A stretch of 64,000 nucleotides of DNA from Mytilus californianus (GCF_021869535.1 NW_026262701.1:37262001-37326000), one strand, 5' to 3'; shown: positions 37,649 to 51,037, counted from the stretch's first letter. The notes: a model not told the origin generated them from the sequence alone. A program made the numbers and translations.

Positions 37649-38024
37649 TCTATAAATAACAAAGTTTGAGGCAAAGTAGAAACAAATAAATGTTGTAATT
37701 GTTTATCGAATACTTGTAATTTTGATACAGGGAACATGTTTCCTTCTTTTTTTTTCTGTATCTAATCGTTAGTGTTATTTAATCTTTTACTGGTGTTTTG
37801 TATTCGATGACCGGTCGTAAAACCTTTTTTAGTCTAATATCCCCTTCTCAGAAACCACCAGACAAAAGAAATCGAATTTTGCAGATCTACATGTAACTTC
37901 TAGTTACTTGAAGAAAATGAGTTTAATAGTTTACAAACTGTAAAGATACACAGTCAAAGCCAAAACTATATATGATATACATTCACGTGCTTCAAAACCA
38001 AGTTTCAGTATATTTTATAAGATT

Positions 38025-38232
38025 AACATGATGGGTGTCACCTGTGGAGCAGGATCTGCTTATCCTTCCGGAGCACATGATATCACCCTCGGTATTTGGT
38101 GGGGTTCGTGTTGCTTAATCTACTGTTGTTTGTCTTTTAGTCCTTTTTCATTTTCTTTTTTTTTTTGCCATGTCAGTTTATTTTCGACTTATGAGTTTGA
38201 ATGTCCCTTTGGTATCTTTCGACTCTCTTTGA
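38025..38232 (+). mobile_element. Penelope-like family 3' tail
   Basis: gggtgtcacctgtggagcaggatctgcttatccttccggagcac...ttcgacttatgagtttgaatgtccc, as at 42385-42607. Confidence 0.75.
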
Positions 38233-39599
38233 GTATTTTTTAAATGTTATTCCTGTTATCCGTGTAAACATTTGATACCAATTTCACGATGCATGTTGTT
38301 ATAATCTCCATCAGGTACGCTTGTGACCCAAATTAAATATCTGAAGAGCCACTAGCCCCTAATGTCACCTAGAGACCAGACAAACTAATTTTAGGATAAG
38401 CTATGCCTGAGTGATTTCAACCTTTATATTAGTCCAATTACATAACTGAGATATGAATATTTACAATTATAATATACAGTGTAATATTTAAATTATGTAT
38501 GTCACGAAACAACGGTTACTAGACAAATAAGCTTTATTAATTTATGCTAGAAAAAGATATCCTTACTTTATGACAATTATACGTCAAGGAAATACAATCT
38601 AAACCTTACTTTAAAATTCTATCAGCATTTCCTGAAACGTTCATCTATTCTTCACGTAGACATTCTGAAAAGGTAAAACAAATAATTTTCTTTCATGTTT
38701 AAACCTTTTAATTATATCACTCATTAATTCGGTGTGTTTACATCTCTTATATCACAATAAAGTGTCAATGAACTCTAGTCAAAAAAATGTCTGATTGAAA
38801 TGTATACCTTTGTAATAGATTTACATTAATTTTGAACACAAGATCTAAAAATGGAATGATTCAATTTTCCTCTTGTCAACTTGTACAAACTAAGATAATA
38901 TACTACCACGTGTTCTCATTAAATGGATTTAACCCATAAAGGTATATTCGTCATTGAGAAACTAGTTATAACATGCGTAGGAGGAAAAACGACTGAACAT
39001 TTATTTCACAATATCTACGATCGCCATCATGAATTATTTGACTACATGTGTAGATGTCTATTCTTTCTTGAAACATGTTTGACATTTAATCCATGACTAA
39101 AACTTTATTTGGAGTGACTTGCTAAATTTGAATAGAGTCGGAACATAACCTGGGGATATTTAAAACGCATAAGTCGATGAGAAACTGACATATCCATAGC
39201 AAAACAAAATTAGAAAATATAAAGCCGACAAAACACTTCATTGGAAAACACTTGAGACTGAGAAACATGAAAACTATAAAAAGCTAGAGGTGATCTAAGT
39301 TGCTGAAAGATTATCATATTTTACTCTTCATATGTCGAGTTACTCCTATAGAATATATTGGTTAGTTAAATGAAGTGATTAGGTATCAATTCTAACCTTT
39401 AGACATCACCACATTCATAAACCATCGGGCATGTCAATTTTCTAACCCTGAAACTTGAACGAATGAGAAGGTTTGAAATTAAACAAAGTTAGACAAGACT
39501 GTGACCGATAGAAACAACACATACTAATTTACGTGTTTACTAATACGTACCCATTGTATACAAGCATATGCATAATCACAGATGATCCATGAGTAGGTC

Positions 39600-40130
39600 C
39601 ATCTCCACATATGCACCCGCTATGTTGCTCATGATAAGTTCATGTTCGATGATAAGACTCATTCGAAAATATTACGATCGAGGAACAGAGGACGAGATTG
39701 TAGTTACGACAATTTTATCACGTTTGTGGTCATGTGTGTCACAGATATTCCATAACGGTTAACCAACTCTTGATGGGGTAAGTAAAACGCTCGAAGGTAT
39801 GACTCCAACTTTATTACTTTGAACCCTTGGTTCAATAGCGTCCTAGTGAACTGCAACCCACTATCAAAGAAATCTTCTCTGAACTATTAGCTGTGAGATA
39901 TAAACTGCAATTGCAAGCGCGTCTGAAGTGTTACCACATAGAAATTGATAGTTCACAATTGGAGAACATGAATTTTTTGTTTCTTAATCGACTAGCATTG
40001 TCAATTTCCAAATGTAAGTCAATATATGAGTTTAACTGTTTCTATTGTTATCTTTATAATACATTTGATGAGATAGATACATTTAACTTAGTCACAAAAT
40101 TTGAAAATAACTTAGTTAGAAGACATCATC
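39600..40130 (-). mobile_element. Old degenerate Penelope-like RT 3' fragment
   Basis: Nucleotide similarity to 40690-41200 (ccataacggttaaccaactc, tgtaagtcaa.atat). Confidence 0.5.
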
Positions 40131-40469
40131 TGTTTAAAGGAACGTGAAAATACAGGCTAGTATTAGCTTCTTTTCATTCCTCATGAAAAGCTCCTATTTG
40201 AAGTATACCTCATATGAATAAAGGAACAAGTCGACAAGAAGATTAGCACATTATTAGCTCATTGTTAAAGGCCGTACGGTAACCTACAGTAGATTATAAC
40301 CACGTCATTCTGACTCTGATGGATAGCATCGTACCATATCACCGTATTTGTATATCTTGTTTTCGTATAGACGCGATATATGCTATAACGCATTTGAAGA
40401 TGCAAAAGCAAACGAAGGAATAGTTAACATCTACCAGTTGAAAAAAGTCAAAATATTGTCCATTTCAAC

Positions 40470-41215
40470 ATGATTATGACATTAAAAGAGAGGGGAAGTA
40501 TATCAAACGGACATTCAAACACATAAGTCGAAAACAAACTGATAACGCCAAGGAAGAAAACGAAAAACAAACAAAACACAAACAACAGATTACAAAACAC
40601 AACATAAAAAACTAAAGACTGAGCAACACGAACCCCACCAAGAACTATGGGGATCTCAGGGTCTCCGTAAGTGAAAGCAGATCCTGCTCCAAATGTGAGA
40701 CTCGTTGTGTTGCTCATGAAAGTACTGTCATGGTGATAAGTCTTAGTCAGTAGGTCACATTCGGGGAATAGAGGACGTGATAATGGTTCCGACAATTGGA
40801 ACATATCCGTCGGCATTTGTGAAACAGGTATTCCATAACGGTCAACGAACTTGTTATGGCGTCCGTAAAATTTAAGAAGGGGTGATTTTAACTTCACCCC
40901 TTAGAACCCTTAGTTTAAAAGCTTCCTTGGAAACAGAAACCATCTGCAAAGAAATTCATGATAGGAAATTGAAGCTCTGGAATATCGTATCAACTTGGAA
41001 ATTTATACTCTATTTGCAGGCGCAGCTGGAATGTTCTTACATATAAATGGAAAGTTCACAATTGGGAAGCTGAAATAATTACTTTTGTTGTAAGGTTTTG
41101 TTCTCAACCGACCCTCATTGTCAATCTCCTGATGTAAGTCAAGATATGCGGCAGACTTAACTGTATCTATTGTATCGTTTATTTCAAGTTAGATAGGATA
41201 GATGCGTTCAACACA
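40470..41215 (-). mobile_element. Penelope-like RT C-terminal (thumb) fragment plus 3' tail
   Basis: Minus-strand translation SAAYLDLHQEIDNEGRLRTK..FSFPIVNFPF..NIPAAP..LIRYSRA..KLKSPLLKFYGRH..VDRYG, with stops. No endonuclease follows the RT. Confidence 0.8.
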
Positions 41216-41859
41216 GTCACCAATCTTTTATGTTTGTTAGTATGTTGTACTGTTACACAACTGTCCCAGGTTAGAGAGGATTGGTGCCAGCAAACATGTT
41301 TAACCCCGCCACAATCTGTATGTGCCTGTTCCAAGTCAGGAGCCTGTAATTTAGTGGTTGTCGTTTGTCGCTGTTTATCAAGTTCGGTTTTCGTTTATTG
41401 CTTTGTACATGTATTGGGCCTTTAGTTTTCGCGTTTGAATTGTTTTACATTTATTTGTCTCAATTTCCTTATTTTCCAGCAATTTGTATATTTCCCACCC
41501 ATTTTTAATGCTATTTTTTTATACAGTTTTACGATATAAATAAAATCTACTACTGTTTTTTTCTGCAGGAGCTAAAAGGGAGTTTTTAAAAAAAATGACA
41601 AAAAACTGGATTTAGCAATAAAAATAACAACTTTTAGTGGCCTAGGTAACATGTGCTTTCCGTATAGGTATAAGTATTTGATTGAAAAAATTCCGGCCTT
41701 CAAAGCATTATTCTTATATCTGGATCAATATATTAACATGTTTGTCCGCCTAGCATGTTTCTTAGACAGGCAATTCAGGTAACGAGATTTATAGATACAA
41801 GACAGACTTCCTTCAAAGACAGACAGAAAGAAATGCAAAACTGCGCAGCTTGAACTTTT

Positions 41860-42000
41860 TGTCATGTAGCTCTTCAAATGTTTCGGTACTTAAGCATCCC
41901 TCGGATTTCAAATGTTTGGCATTGAGCGTTCCTGTTGAAGGTAAATCTAGAAAAGCGCTTCGGACGCATGAAATTATTAAACGTGTTGTTTTCAATTTTT
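41860..42000 (+). mobile_element. Family E element with decayed hammerhead (41926-41967)
   Basis: gcgttc CTGTTGA aggtaaatcta GAA AAGCGCTT C ggacgc, with an A6 to U change in the core. Confidence 0.75.
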
Positions 42001-42607
42001 TATGACAAAAGATATGATTTCAGCTTCCCATATGTGAACTTTCCATTTTTATGTAGCAACATTCCAGCAGCGCCTGCATACGGATTATATATCACCCAGT
42101 GGATACGATACTCCAAGGCTTGAATTTCCTATCATGATTTCCTTGATAGAGGGTTCCTGATCACAAGAAAGCTATTAAACCAAGAGTTCCAAGTGATGAA
42201 GTTGAAAGCATCCCTTCGTTAATTGTACGAACGCCATCACGAGTTGGTTGACCGTAAAAAAATATCCGTTTCACATATGATAGCGGATATGTTCTTAATG
42301 TCGTAACTACAATCCCGTCCCCTTTTCCCGAATGTGACCTACCGCATTAGCCTTATTACCGGGTTTGTACTAATATGAGCAACACGACGGGTACCACATG
42401 TGGAGCAGGATCTGTTTACCCTTCAGGAGCACCTGAGATCACCCCCAGTTTTTGGTGGGGTTTGTGTTGCTCAGTCTTTAGTTTTGTCTGTTGTGGTTTG
42501 TGTTCTATTGTTTGTCTGTTTGTCTTTTTCTTTTTTAACCATGGCGTTGTCAGTTATTTTCGACTTATGAGTTTGAATGTCCCTTTGGTATCTTGCGCCT
42601 CTCTTTT
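42000..42607 (+). mobile_element. Penelope-like RT 3' fragment plus tail
   Basis: YDKRYDFSFPYVNFPFLCSNIPAAPAYGLYITQWIRYSKA* followed by LLNQEFQ.MKLKASLR* and the tail. Confidence 0.85.
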
Positions 42608-44029
42608 AAACATTATATATTACTTTCATGTGTGTGTGTTATTTGTAATTGTGTCAAGGTTGTTGTTTTCTTTTAAGATGATTTGGGCTTCCATTGTCCT
42701 ATGATCTCCTATTACTTAACCTAGTCATCTTAGAAAATATACGTTTTTCCATAAAAATTGCAATCGTTCTAGCTAAATAATCATATGGTAAAAGACATAC
42801 GATTGAAAATAATATTCACCATTTTTAGAAGAAAACGAAATATTGTAATCAACAATTAATAGGAAACTTTAGAATTGCAAAATTACAAATTAATGGAATA
42901 CATGTCAGTCGAAAAAAAATTAAAAAAAAAAGAAACAGCATGGTCGAACTGACAAGCAAAAGTAAAAATAAAATGTATGTAATTTGATAGTATAATGCAA
43001 ATGTTTTAATTAGAATAGGATTAATTAGACATGTAAACCATGCAAAACAATCAGAGTTAATTCATTCATGAATCATGTCTAAAGGAGCAGAGGTCAAATT
43101 ATCTTGATGCTAATACACTTGCACACCAAGTATCATTGACTTATCATAAGGGGTTTACCTTTAAATGAACTCAACACAAACCTTCGCATTTTTACCATAC
43201 AGAAGTTTCAAATTTAATGGAGAGGCCGGTTAAATAATATTGTGCTAATGATAATACAACTGATCTCAGAATATTTTGACTTGCCATCAGCAGTTCTCCT
43301 TAAACTGACCTTAATTTTTCGCATAGTTTAACATATAAATTAAGCAAAAAATTCAATGACCATGACAGAGGAGGACCAATTAAGCTCCTTGAAAATGAAG
43401 TGTGCCAATCCTAATTCAACTGCGTAACAAATACCATTAATCTAGCATTACAAGCTTCCATTTTAACTGACCCAACCTCAATTTTTAACCATTCGTGAAT
43501 GTCATAAATGAAAAGGAGATAAGGAAATGTGGCTATGAAGATTGTATCACAAGCCATATAGGTTGGTCATTTATGGCACAAATATTCCATTTCGGCAAAC
43601 TCAATGATAATGGCAATATTGGTTAAATTACTCATCATTAAATGACCAATAAAGTTATATATTTTGATACCATTTATCGTTCATTGTTGGCTTTTGTTTG
43701 AGATTTAATTTCTAACTATTTGTTTGTTATAATCTACCCGCTTCTTTTATGGATTTAGTTCGGGGTTTTCTTATGTAGAAAATATAAATCCCTGCAGTAA
43801 AAGAATAGACGGAACAGCAAGATACTAGTATACTGTTTAACATACTGAATTCAGCATTTGAGATATGACAATTCTCCTACATCAGTGATATTTTATATTT
43901 TATGTGCAGGATGTCGCTGGATGTCTTTCAGATTCAGCTGAATCTGAGACATCGTCCATTTATTTAATTGGTATTTTCAGTGCACTTGCAGTTTATGTTT
44001 ACTCAAACGTCCAATTCATATATTTGGTG

Positions 44030-44143
44030 ATTAGATTTTGATTTGATTTTTGGTGTTTTAAAGCCACTTGTAAGCACCGCTTTTGGGCTATTTCGTGGCG
44101 GCCAGTTTTTATTGGTGGAGGAAGCCGGAGTGCCCGGAGAAAA
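44030..44143 (-). mobile_element. SINE 3' half
   Basis: Reverse complement reads ttttctccgggcactccggcttcctccaccaataaaaactggccgccacg...aaatcaaatc; same family as 24771-24899. Confidence 0.7.
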
Positions 44144-44599
44144 CTTACTTACTTACTTACTTACGTTATAAGCTTGTTTCAGTATGTAATGGATTTTAGA
44201 GATCAAATTGGACATTTATTTTCTTGATTTTGTATATCAATCAAAGATACGTTTTTTTACGCCTTATGTGTTCTTTAAAAAGAGAAAGAAGATACCAATG
44301 GGGTAATCAAATGCCATTAGTCCAATGAAAACAGACAACACCATGGCAACAAATAAAACCGACTATCATACAAACATCAATAAACAAACACCTTACAGAA
44401 AACTAAAGATCGAGCAACATGAACACTACCATAAACCAGGGTGAACTCTAGTGCTGTGGAAGGGTTAGCTGTTCCTGCACATGTTGGACCTGTCGCTTAT
44501 ATTAATCTTAATAGATATTGTTAATATTTTCATTATTTGGCGAATTTTAGGCTTTTTTAGCAGAATGTTTGTATATAGTTAAATAAGAAATAGACGGAC

Positions 44600-46150
44600 A
44601 TGATAAGACATCGTAATAGAATTCCCCATAAAGCGAAACTTCAAATTACCACTGGAAATAATTTAGAGAAATTCGAAATGATGTTATCCTTTTAGTTAGA
44701 AAGGCAAAAGATGACTATAAATGCAAACTGACATCACAACTTATCGATAAAATGTTCCTCCTTGTAAAAGGTGGCGCATTGCCAAGTCAGTGTCAAATTT
44801 TGCTAAAAACAGAGATTCACCCCATTTTTAAAAAACATGCTGGCCAAATTTTGTATTCCTTCATTGGACACATCAGAGATCATGAATAATCACTTTGCTC
44901 ATGTAGCTTATATTGATATTGAACCAGATATTCCTCATAGTAACGAGCCTCCTCCATGTCATTTAAACAAATTGTTAATCACTAAGAAAGAATTTTTGAC
45001 CATTTAAAAATGTTGAACATAAATAAATCAGCTAGACCTGGTGGTATTAGTCATAAAATTTTTAAAGCGGTTGCTAGCTCTATTTTTAAACCATTAACTA
45101 AACTATTTGATATGTTTCTTTCTGTTAAATAGGTTATGTTGTTATGGAATAAAATTGAGAATGGAAATGGGGAATGTGTCAAAGAGACAACAACCCGACC
45201 ATAGAACAGACAACAGCAGAAGGTCACAACAGGTCTTCAATGCAGCGAGAAATTCCCGCACCCGGAGGCGTCCTTCAGCTGGCCCCTAAACAAATATATA
45301 TACTAGTTCAGTGATAATGAACGCCATACTAAACTCCAAATTGTACACAAGAAACTAAAATTAAAAATAATACAAGACTAACAAAGGCTAGAGGCTCCTG
45401 ACTTGGGACAGGCGCAAAAATGCGGCGGGGTTAAACATGTTTATGAGATCTCAACGCTCCCCCTATACCTCTAGCCAATGTAGAAAAGTAAACGCATAAC
45501 AATACGCACATTAAAATTCAGTTCAAGAGAAGTCCGAGTCTGATGTCAGAAGATGTAACCAAAGAAAATAAACAAAATGACAATAATACATAAATAACAA
45601 CAGACTACTAGCAGTTAAATGACATGCCAGCTCCAGACTTCAATTAAACTGATTGAAAGATTATGTCTTCATCATATGAATATCAGGCACTATCCTTCCC
45701 GTTAGGGGTTTAGTATCATACCATCATATGCGGAATGGATAACAATTCCTCAAAGGCGGTCGAATCAATATTCACCTTTGCCATGTGAATGTTGTTTGCT
45801 CTGGAATGTTTTTGTGTGTGGTGTTGTGCAAGTTTTTTTTCAAGGATGCCAGATTTGTACACTTGTGCCTTGGAACTGTTCAATTTTACCTTCTAGTTTT
45901 TGACAGTTAACACGCAAACTTTTCGAGTACAATTTTCGGAACATTGTACATACTAATCCTATTTTTATAGAAAAGGTAGTCCATATGCAGCTCTTACCTA
46001 CCTTCTGATTTCTGTTACTAGTGCTGTTTGTAAGATTATTGAAACTATTCTATTTAAACACGTGTATAATTATATGAAGAGGGATAACCTTTTGTCAAAG
46101 TTTTAATCTAGATTCCAGTCAGTAGACTCTACTGTCAATCAGTAAATTGA
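44600..46150 (+). mobile_element. Decayed CR1/L2-group LINE ORF2 fragment interrupted by later insertions
   Basis: KMLNINKSARPGGISHKIFKAVASSIFKPLTKLF (~45010-45110) and ISVTSAVCKIIETILFKHVYNY..SKF*SRFQSVDSTVNQ (~46005-46142) match early RT-domain motifs. Confidence 0.7.
45151..45727 (+). mobile_element. Dispersed repeat family C, near full length
   Basis: Head aaaattgagaatggaaatggggaatgtgtcaaagagacaac is also at ~16174 (plus) and ~11700-11745 (minus). Confidence 0.75.
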
Positions 46151-47054
46151 ACTAATCGGGTGAATTTAGCATAGAAGGCCCGTCAATTCGTTTTCCCATT
46201 ATTCTTGATGGTATTTTGTAGTCCTGGTGGTCTACCATTCGGTGCATGGGCTCTTTGGTTTGTCTTGAGATTTTTTGGTACCCGTCTTTCCAAACCCTGG
46301 TACCCCAGACTATTGCTATACCTAGATGCTGATGTCTCACTCTAATTGGAGTTTTACAACCTTGATTTATCCCCTCGGTATACTCGTGTATCGTGCCCCC
46401 TAGTGCCATGTCAGTATCCCTGTGGTTACTGTAAAGAGATTGTGGAGTTTCTTCCTCGAACCTAATAGCCAGGCCCCAAGTTTCCCTCTCAGTATATATG
46501 GGGTAACATTTCCGGGACCTTTGCCTATCCCCTCATTCGTCCCTCCCATGGAGTCAGCCCACCTTTCCTGGGAACCACGGTCAAGCTGCTCACACTCGCG
46601 AAAGTCCTGGCTTCTCCTGTAAGACGGGGACAATGACTTAGCTGACGTCTCTTCCCTTGGTGTTTTCATTTGTAATGGGTCCTTGGCACGAGGCACTATA
46701 ACGAAACATGGCCTTTCCAACATACCACTTCCCCAGGGGTAACATACCGGGTATCTGGTTCTCAAGAACCCCTACTCCTTGCCTGCTTTCAATTCTCTGC
46801 ACCCCATTTACTCTTTTGTTCTAGGATCTCCCATTTAAGTATCCCCTCTCTGGTATCAAGTAATTAGGAACAATAATCCATGACCTCCCGGACAGCTGAT
46901 TTCAACCTAAAATACTGTATCTGGATGAGGTCCTTAATCTTAAGGACCCTAGATCAACTCTTAATTCCAATATCTTAACTGCAATTTTAGGGCCCATACC
47001 CGGAATGGATAACAATTCCTCAAAGGCGGTCGAATCAATATTCACCTTTGCCAT
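46150..47054 (-). mobile_element. LTR-retrotransposon (Ty3/Gypsy-like) gag N-terminal remnant with helix-hairpin-helix motif
   Basis: ATG 47054: MAKVNIDSTAFEELLSIPGMGPKIAVKILELR, an HhH (ComEA-like) signature. It continues in another frame as KIKDLIQIQYFRLK. The segment is GC-richer than its flanks. The gag assignment relies on recall that such HhH N-termini occur in mollusc Gypsy elements. Confidence 0.6.
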
Positions 47055-47392
47055 GTGAATGTTGTTTGATCTGGAATGTTTTTGTGTGTGGTGTTGTGCA
47101 AGTTTTTTTCAAGGATGCCAGATTTGTACACTTGTGCCTTGGAACTGTTCAATTTTACCTTCTAGTTTTTGACAGTTAACACGCAAACTTTTCAAGTACA
47201 ATTTTCCCTGGAGAATCCGTCATAAAATGCGAGATTCAAAAACACACCAGCGTCACCATTGTAACAGTCCTTGGTTTCCATCGGGAGTTCTTAAAAAGTT
47301 AAAAGTGACAAGAACAAGTTACAACGAAAGTCAGACAAAAAAAAAAACCCCGAGTTACCCTTTCTCCCCCTCCCTCCTCCAATAATAAGACA

Positions 47393-48050
47393 TGTGACCA
47401 AAACGGCACACAAACAAAATCCTGCTGATGAACTGTCAGGAGCCCTGACAGGGGAAATAGGCTAAAAGTTTCAACTGTTAAATTTCAAGACCCAGGAATT
47501 TATCAATTAATCCTATGGATTCACACCTTTCCCAACAAGGGCTCTGCTAACGGTGGTAACTGGATAAGATAACTACTTCGTGACTGAAACACTACCCAAA
47601 AGTACGAAACCAACCCCATTTTCCCAACATAAATCGTTAATTACTACCTCGGAACATTTTAGAGTATACGAACACTGAAAATTGGTGACATGTCAAGTTT
47701 CACCAATTTCAAAATGTCGACAGCTGTTGTGGTCCCTTCCCTTTTTGATTTGTTCAGAAAACTAACCTTCCCGCTTGAAAGTTTGACCAAAGACTGCTCG
47801 CATAAGCCAATGATATAATTGTTTCGTCTGCCTACCTGTACTTTTGGTACACATCTGTACTGTTGCTCTCGGATGGCTCTCTGTGTATAGTTGAGCGTCT
47901 GCTTCTTATTATTGCTGTTCTCTCTAGTGGGGGATAGTGAGTACTTCCGGAAGTTTATCCTGACTGGTCTGACTAAATACCTGATGATGCTATATTGATA
48001 TATGATTTATACCTTGTATGTAAAAGGAGAGAGCTTTTGTAGACTATACA
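47393..48050 (-). mobile_element. Putative 5' LTR
   Basis: A 658-bp segment bounded by TGT...ACA immediately upstream of the gag leader. No second LTR copy and no clear PBS. Confidence 0.3.
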
Positions 48051-48185
48051 TGTTGCTCAATTCTTTTCATATCTTAAAGAATAAAATATGTTTAATATCA
48101 AATCAAACTTAATTTTTAACACCACCATAAAAATAAGTGACGAATACTTCAACTACGAGTGCTAAACTGGAATCCGACAATAAAT

Positions 48186-49950
48186 TAGAATAGAAATAGA
48201 AATAGAAATAGAAATAGAAATAGAAATTCTTTATTTGACTATTTATTGACTTTTGTGGGTTTTAAATTTCATACAATGATAACAATGATATTTTTTATAA
48301 CTATGAAATAATAGAAAAAAGTAAAATAACAAAAATATCGAACTACAAGGAAAATTCAAATAATACAACATAATAGAACAATGAATAGTTAGTGCATGCT
48401 AATGAGAGAGATAAGTTAATAGGGGAGACAATCAATTAATTTGTAAGGATTATTTCCCTTTGAACAGTATCTAATAAACTTTCAAGATATGATGTTGTTC
48501 AGAGTTGGAAACAAGAGAAGCCCAAAATGATTAAATATAAAGGTAATTTTCTCCCATATTAATGCAGCAACCAATTGCAAAGTATTTATGTATAAAAAAT
48601 TTAAATTGCAAGAACTAGATTAGCACCTTTACAATTTTTACTGCAGTTTTACATATACATTAGGCATTAACATATACTTGTATAATGCATACACATAGAT
48701 AAAGTAATATGTATTTTTTTAAGTTTTAATACATATAATAAACTCAAAGGGATATAGCTGTTAACATACTTTTTAGATCTCAATTCAAAACTCAGTATAA
48801 GAAAATGACTTAACTTTTCAAGTACATCTTTATCTTCATTGGTCATTAACCATAGAAATTTTGATTTGCAGTCTAAGTTATTAAAATTTGGACAGTGTTC
48901 ATCAGTTTGTGCATACAATTATTCACGAAAGTTAAAAAAAATAAAACTCATCTTCTATATCGTTATGAGAACAAAATTTACAAGTCTTCTGTGACCTATT
49001 TATAGGTTTGTTTTTATCTCGCTCTTTTTCCACTCGTAATTGGTAAGCACTTATGCGAAATTTACATGATGTTTGTCTTAATTCAAAACTTTTAATATTA
49101 AGATATTTTCCCATTTGAAAAATACTTTTGTGAGAAAAATTTGTATCCAGCTTTCCAGTAACCTTATCCTTTCCATTGTACCATGCTTTCAAAAACAATA
49201 TCTATAACTTTCTTCATAATAAGTTGATTTAATCTATTTTTTGAATAATCAATTCAACATGTTTCTTTCAATTCAAGCTTTTCAAGAATAAATTTAACAG
49301 ACGAATACCACGTCATAGTGTTATTTTCATGCGTAGTCTTGTTACATATAATAGCTTCTTTCAATAAATTTGAGTGACAGTGATGTAATTTATGCAAATA
49401 GCTTATCATAGATATAACAATATTAAAATACATAGGAAATCTTCCTAATTCTGATTGTACAGCAACATTTGTACTTTTATTATTAGCACCTAAAATATGC
49501 TTACAGAACTTCAAGTTCATTTTATCAGTAACATTGTTCTGGTATATTTTTTCGAGTATATTAATAACATCTTTTTTACAAGATGCAGAGTCAATTTTGA
49601 ACATTCGCCATATCTCGGAGCCTTACAAAGTAATAGGTTTAATGGTATGGTCAAACAGATGTAAATGTGTGTTAATACTAGCAGCTAAAACGGATAAACA
49701 TCTACTTAGTTTTTATGAAGCTTTTATAGATTAGCATTTGTAAATACAGGGTTAGAATTGAAAAATATAGACTTTTAAACGTTGAAACTAGAATATTTAC
49801 ATAGTACTGTTAACCAACTTACTTTTGCATTTATTACGGCAATAACTTATGAGCATCAAAAGTGATATTTGATATTTTTCTTTTAAATCATTTAAGACAT
49901 TCATTCGAATGTTTGTTTTTTTCCCAGGTGTAATGAACTTCCCCTTTTTA
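48186..49950 (-). mobile_element. Decayed LINE 3' portion with (TTTCTA)n tail
   Basis: KFCKHILGANNKSTNVAVQSELGRFPMY, CKFRISAYQLRVE...CKFC...IEDEFYF. AATAAA (plus-strand tttatt 48230-48235) is followed by the hexamer tail at 48186-48226. Same clade as 20250-21190. Confidence 0.8.
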
Positions 49951-50304
49951 GAATTTACCTTGGGTTCGGTATTATTATTAATTCTTTTTTTAGCACATGA
50001 TATTTAGAATTTGATTGAAAGTGAAAGACCATTAAAACATAAATTGTTTGTCTCATGTGCAAAGTGCAAACATACAGCATCTTCTTATGTTTATATTGAT
50101 TATATTTCTTCTGTGGTGTACATATCATGTATATCGTCAATACACCAAATTTTCCTGTCCGGTAAAAGAAGGAAAAATGTAAATTCAAAAGTTATTCTGA
50201 CTTTTTATTGATAGCTGATTGTACAATCAAAAGTTTGCATGTCCAATATGTGATATTATCATCTTTATTTCATTCAATATGGACGTAGTTTAACGACGAC
50301 ATTC

Positions 50305-50462
50305 TTATGATATCTGGGCTTTTTTATGGCTGTATCCATATCCAGGTCTGTTGAAGTTCCTTTTAATCGAAGCTTTCAGTTTTTGCAAACGCCTCTTGTT
50401 GTTTAATTTATACTCATAACCTTTCGGTGAAAAGATAGACCTCGGCATAAACATGGACTTCA
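50305..50462 (-). CDS. VWA-protein gene, terminal coding exon (basic Lys/Arg/Tyr-rich tail)
   Basis: Acceptor ttttgttttgttatag|TG, phase 1. Encodes (V)KSMFMPRSIFSPKGYEYKLNNKRRLQKLKASIKRNFNRPGYGYSHKKAQIS*. AATAAA at minus-strand 50269-50264. Confidence 0.65.
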
Positions 50463-51037
50463 CTATAACAAAACAAAAAGTAAAGTTACTACATGTATTT
50501 ATGAATAATTGTAATCAGTTCAGTTCGAATAAACAGACAAATCTTAAATACAAATACATTAACATGTAACTGTCAAACAAGAATTATAATCCTCATCAAC
50601 TATTCTCTCCGTATTTTGTTTTATATAAAGCACTCATGATTCGATTTAATGAAAAAAACAGCTTAGATCTTTATGAGAAATACTTTTTATATTGAAACGC
50701 TATTTTACAATATAATGGATCACAAATTAATATACTATTTTGAAAGGTCATAGAAACTTTTACCTTATGCCAATAAGCATTTTATTGTCATAAGAAAACC
50801 CACTTTTTAATTATAGTTAATATTCACTCAGCTATGTGTCAAAGGAATGAAATTACGTTTAGAGAGGAACTTGAAATATGTGTTTGCCAATCGCAATTAT
50901 CGCTTCACTGTATAAACTTTTAATAACGAAATTGACGAAAATATCATCAATTATATATACCTTCATATCTGGTTCTACCGATTATGTATTTCTATTCGTT
51001 CTATCTATCTATCTTACCTATATATATATTTGAAAAA

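Noticed and set aside
47421-47460. CTGATGA + 8-bp hairpin (ctgtcagg/cctgacag) + GAAA
   Set aside because: Two extra G residues precede GAAA, and no stem I/III or UH site can be formed, so it is not called a hammerhead.
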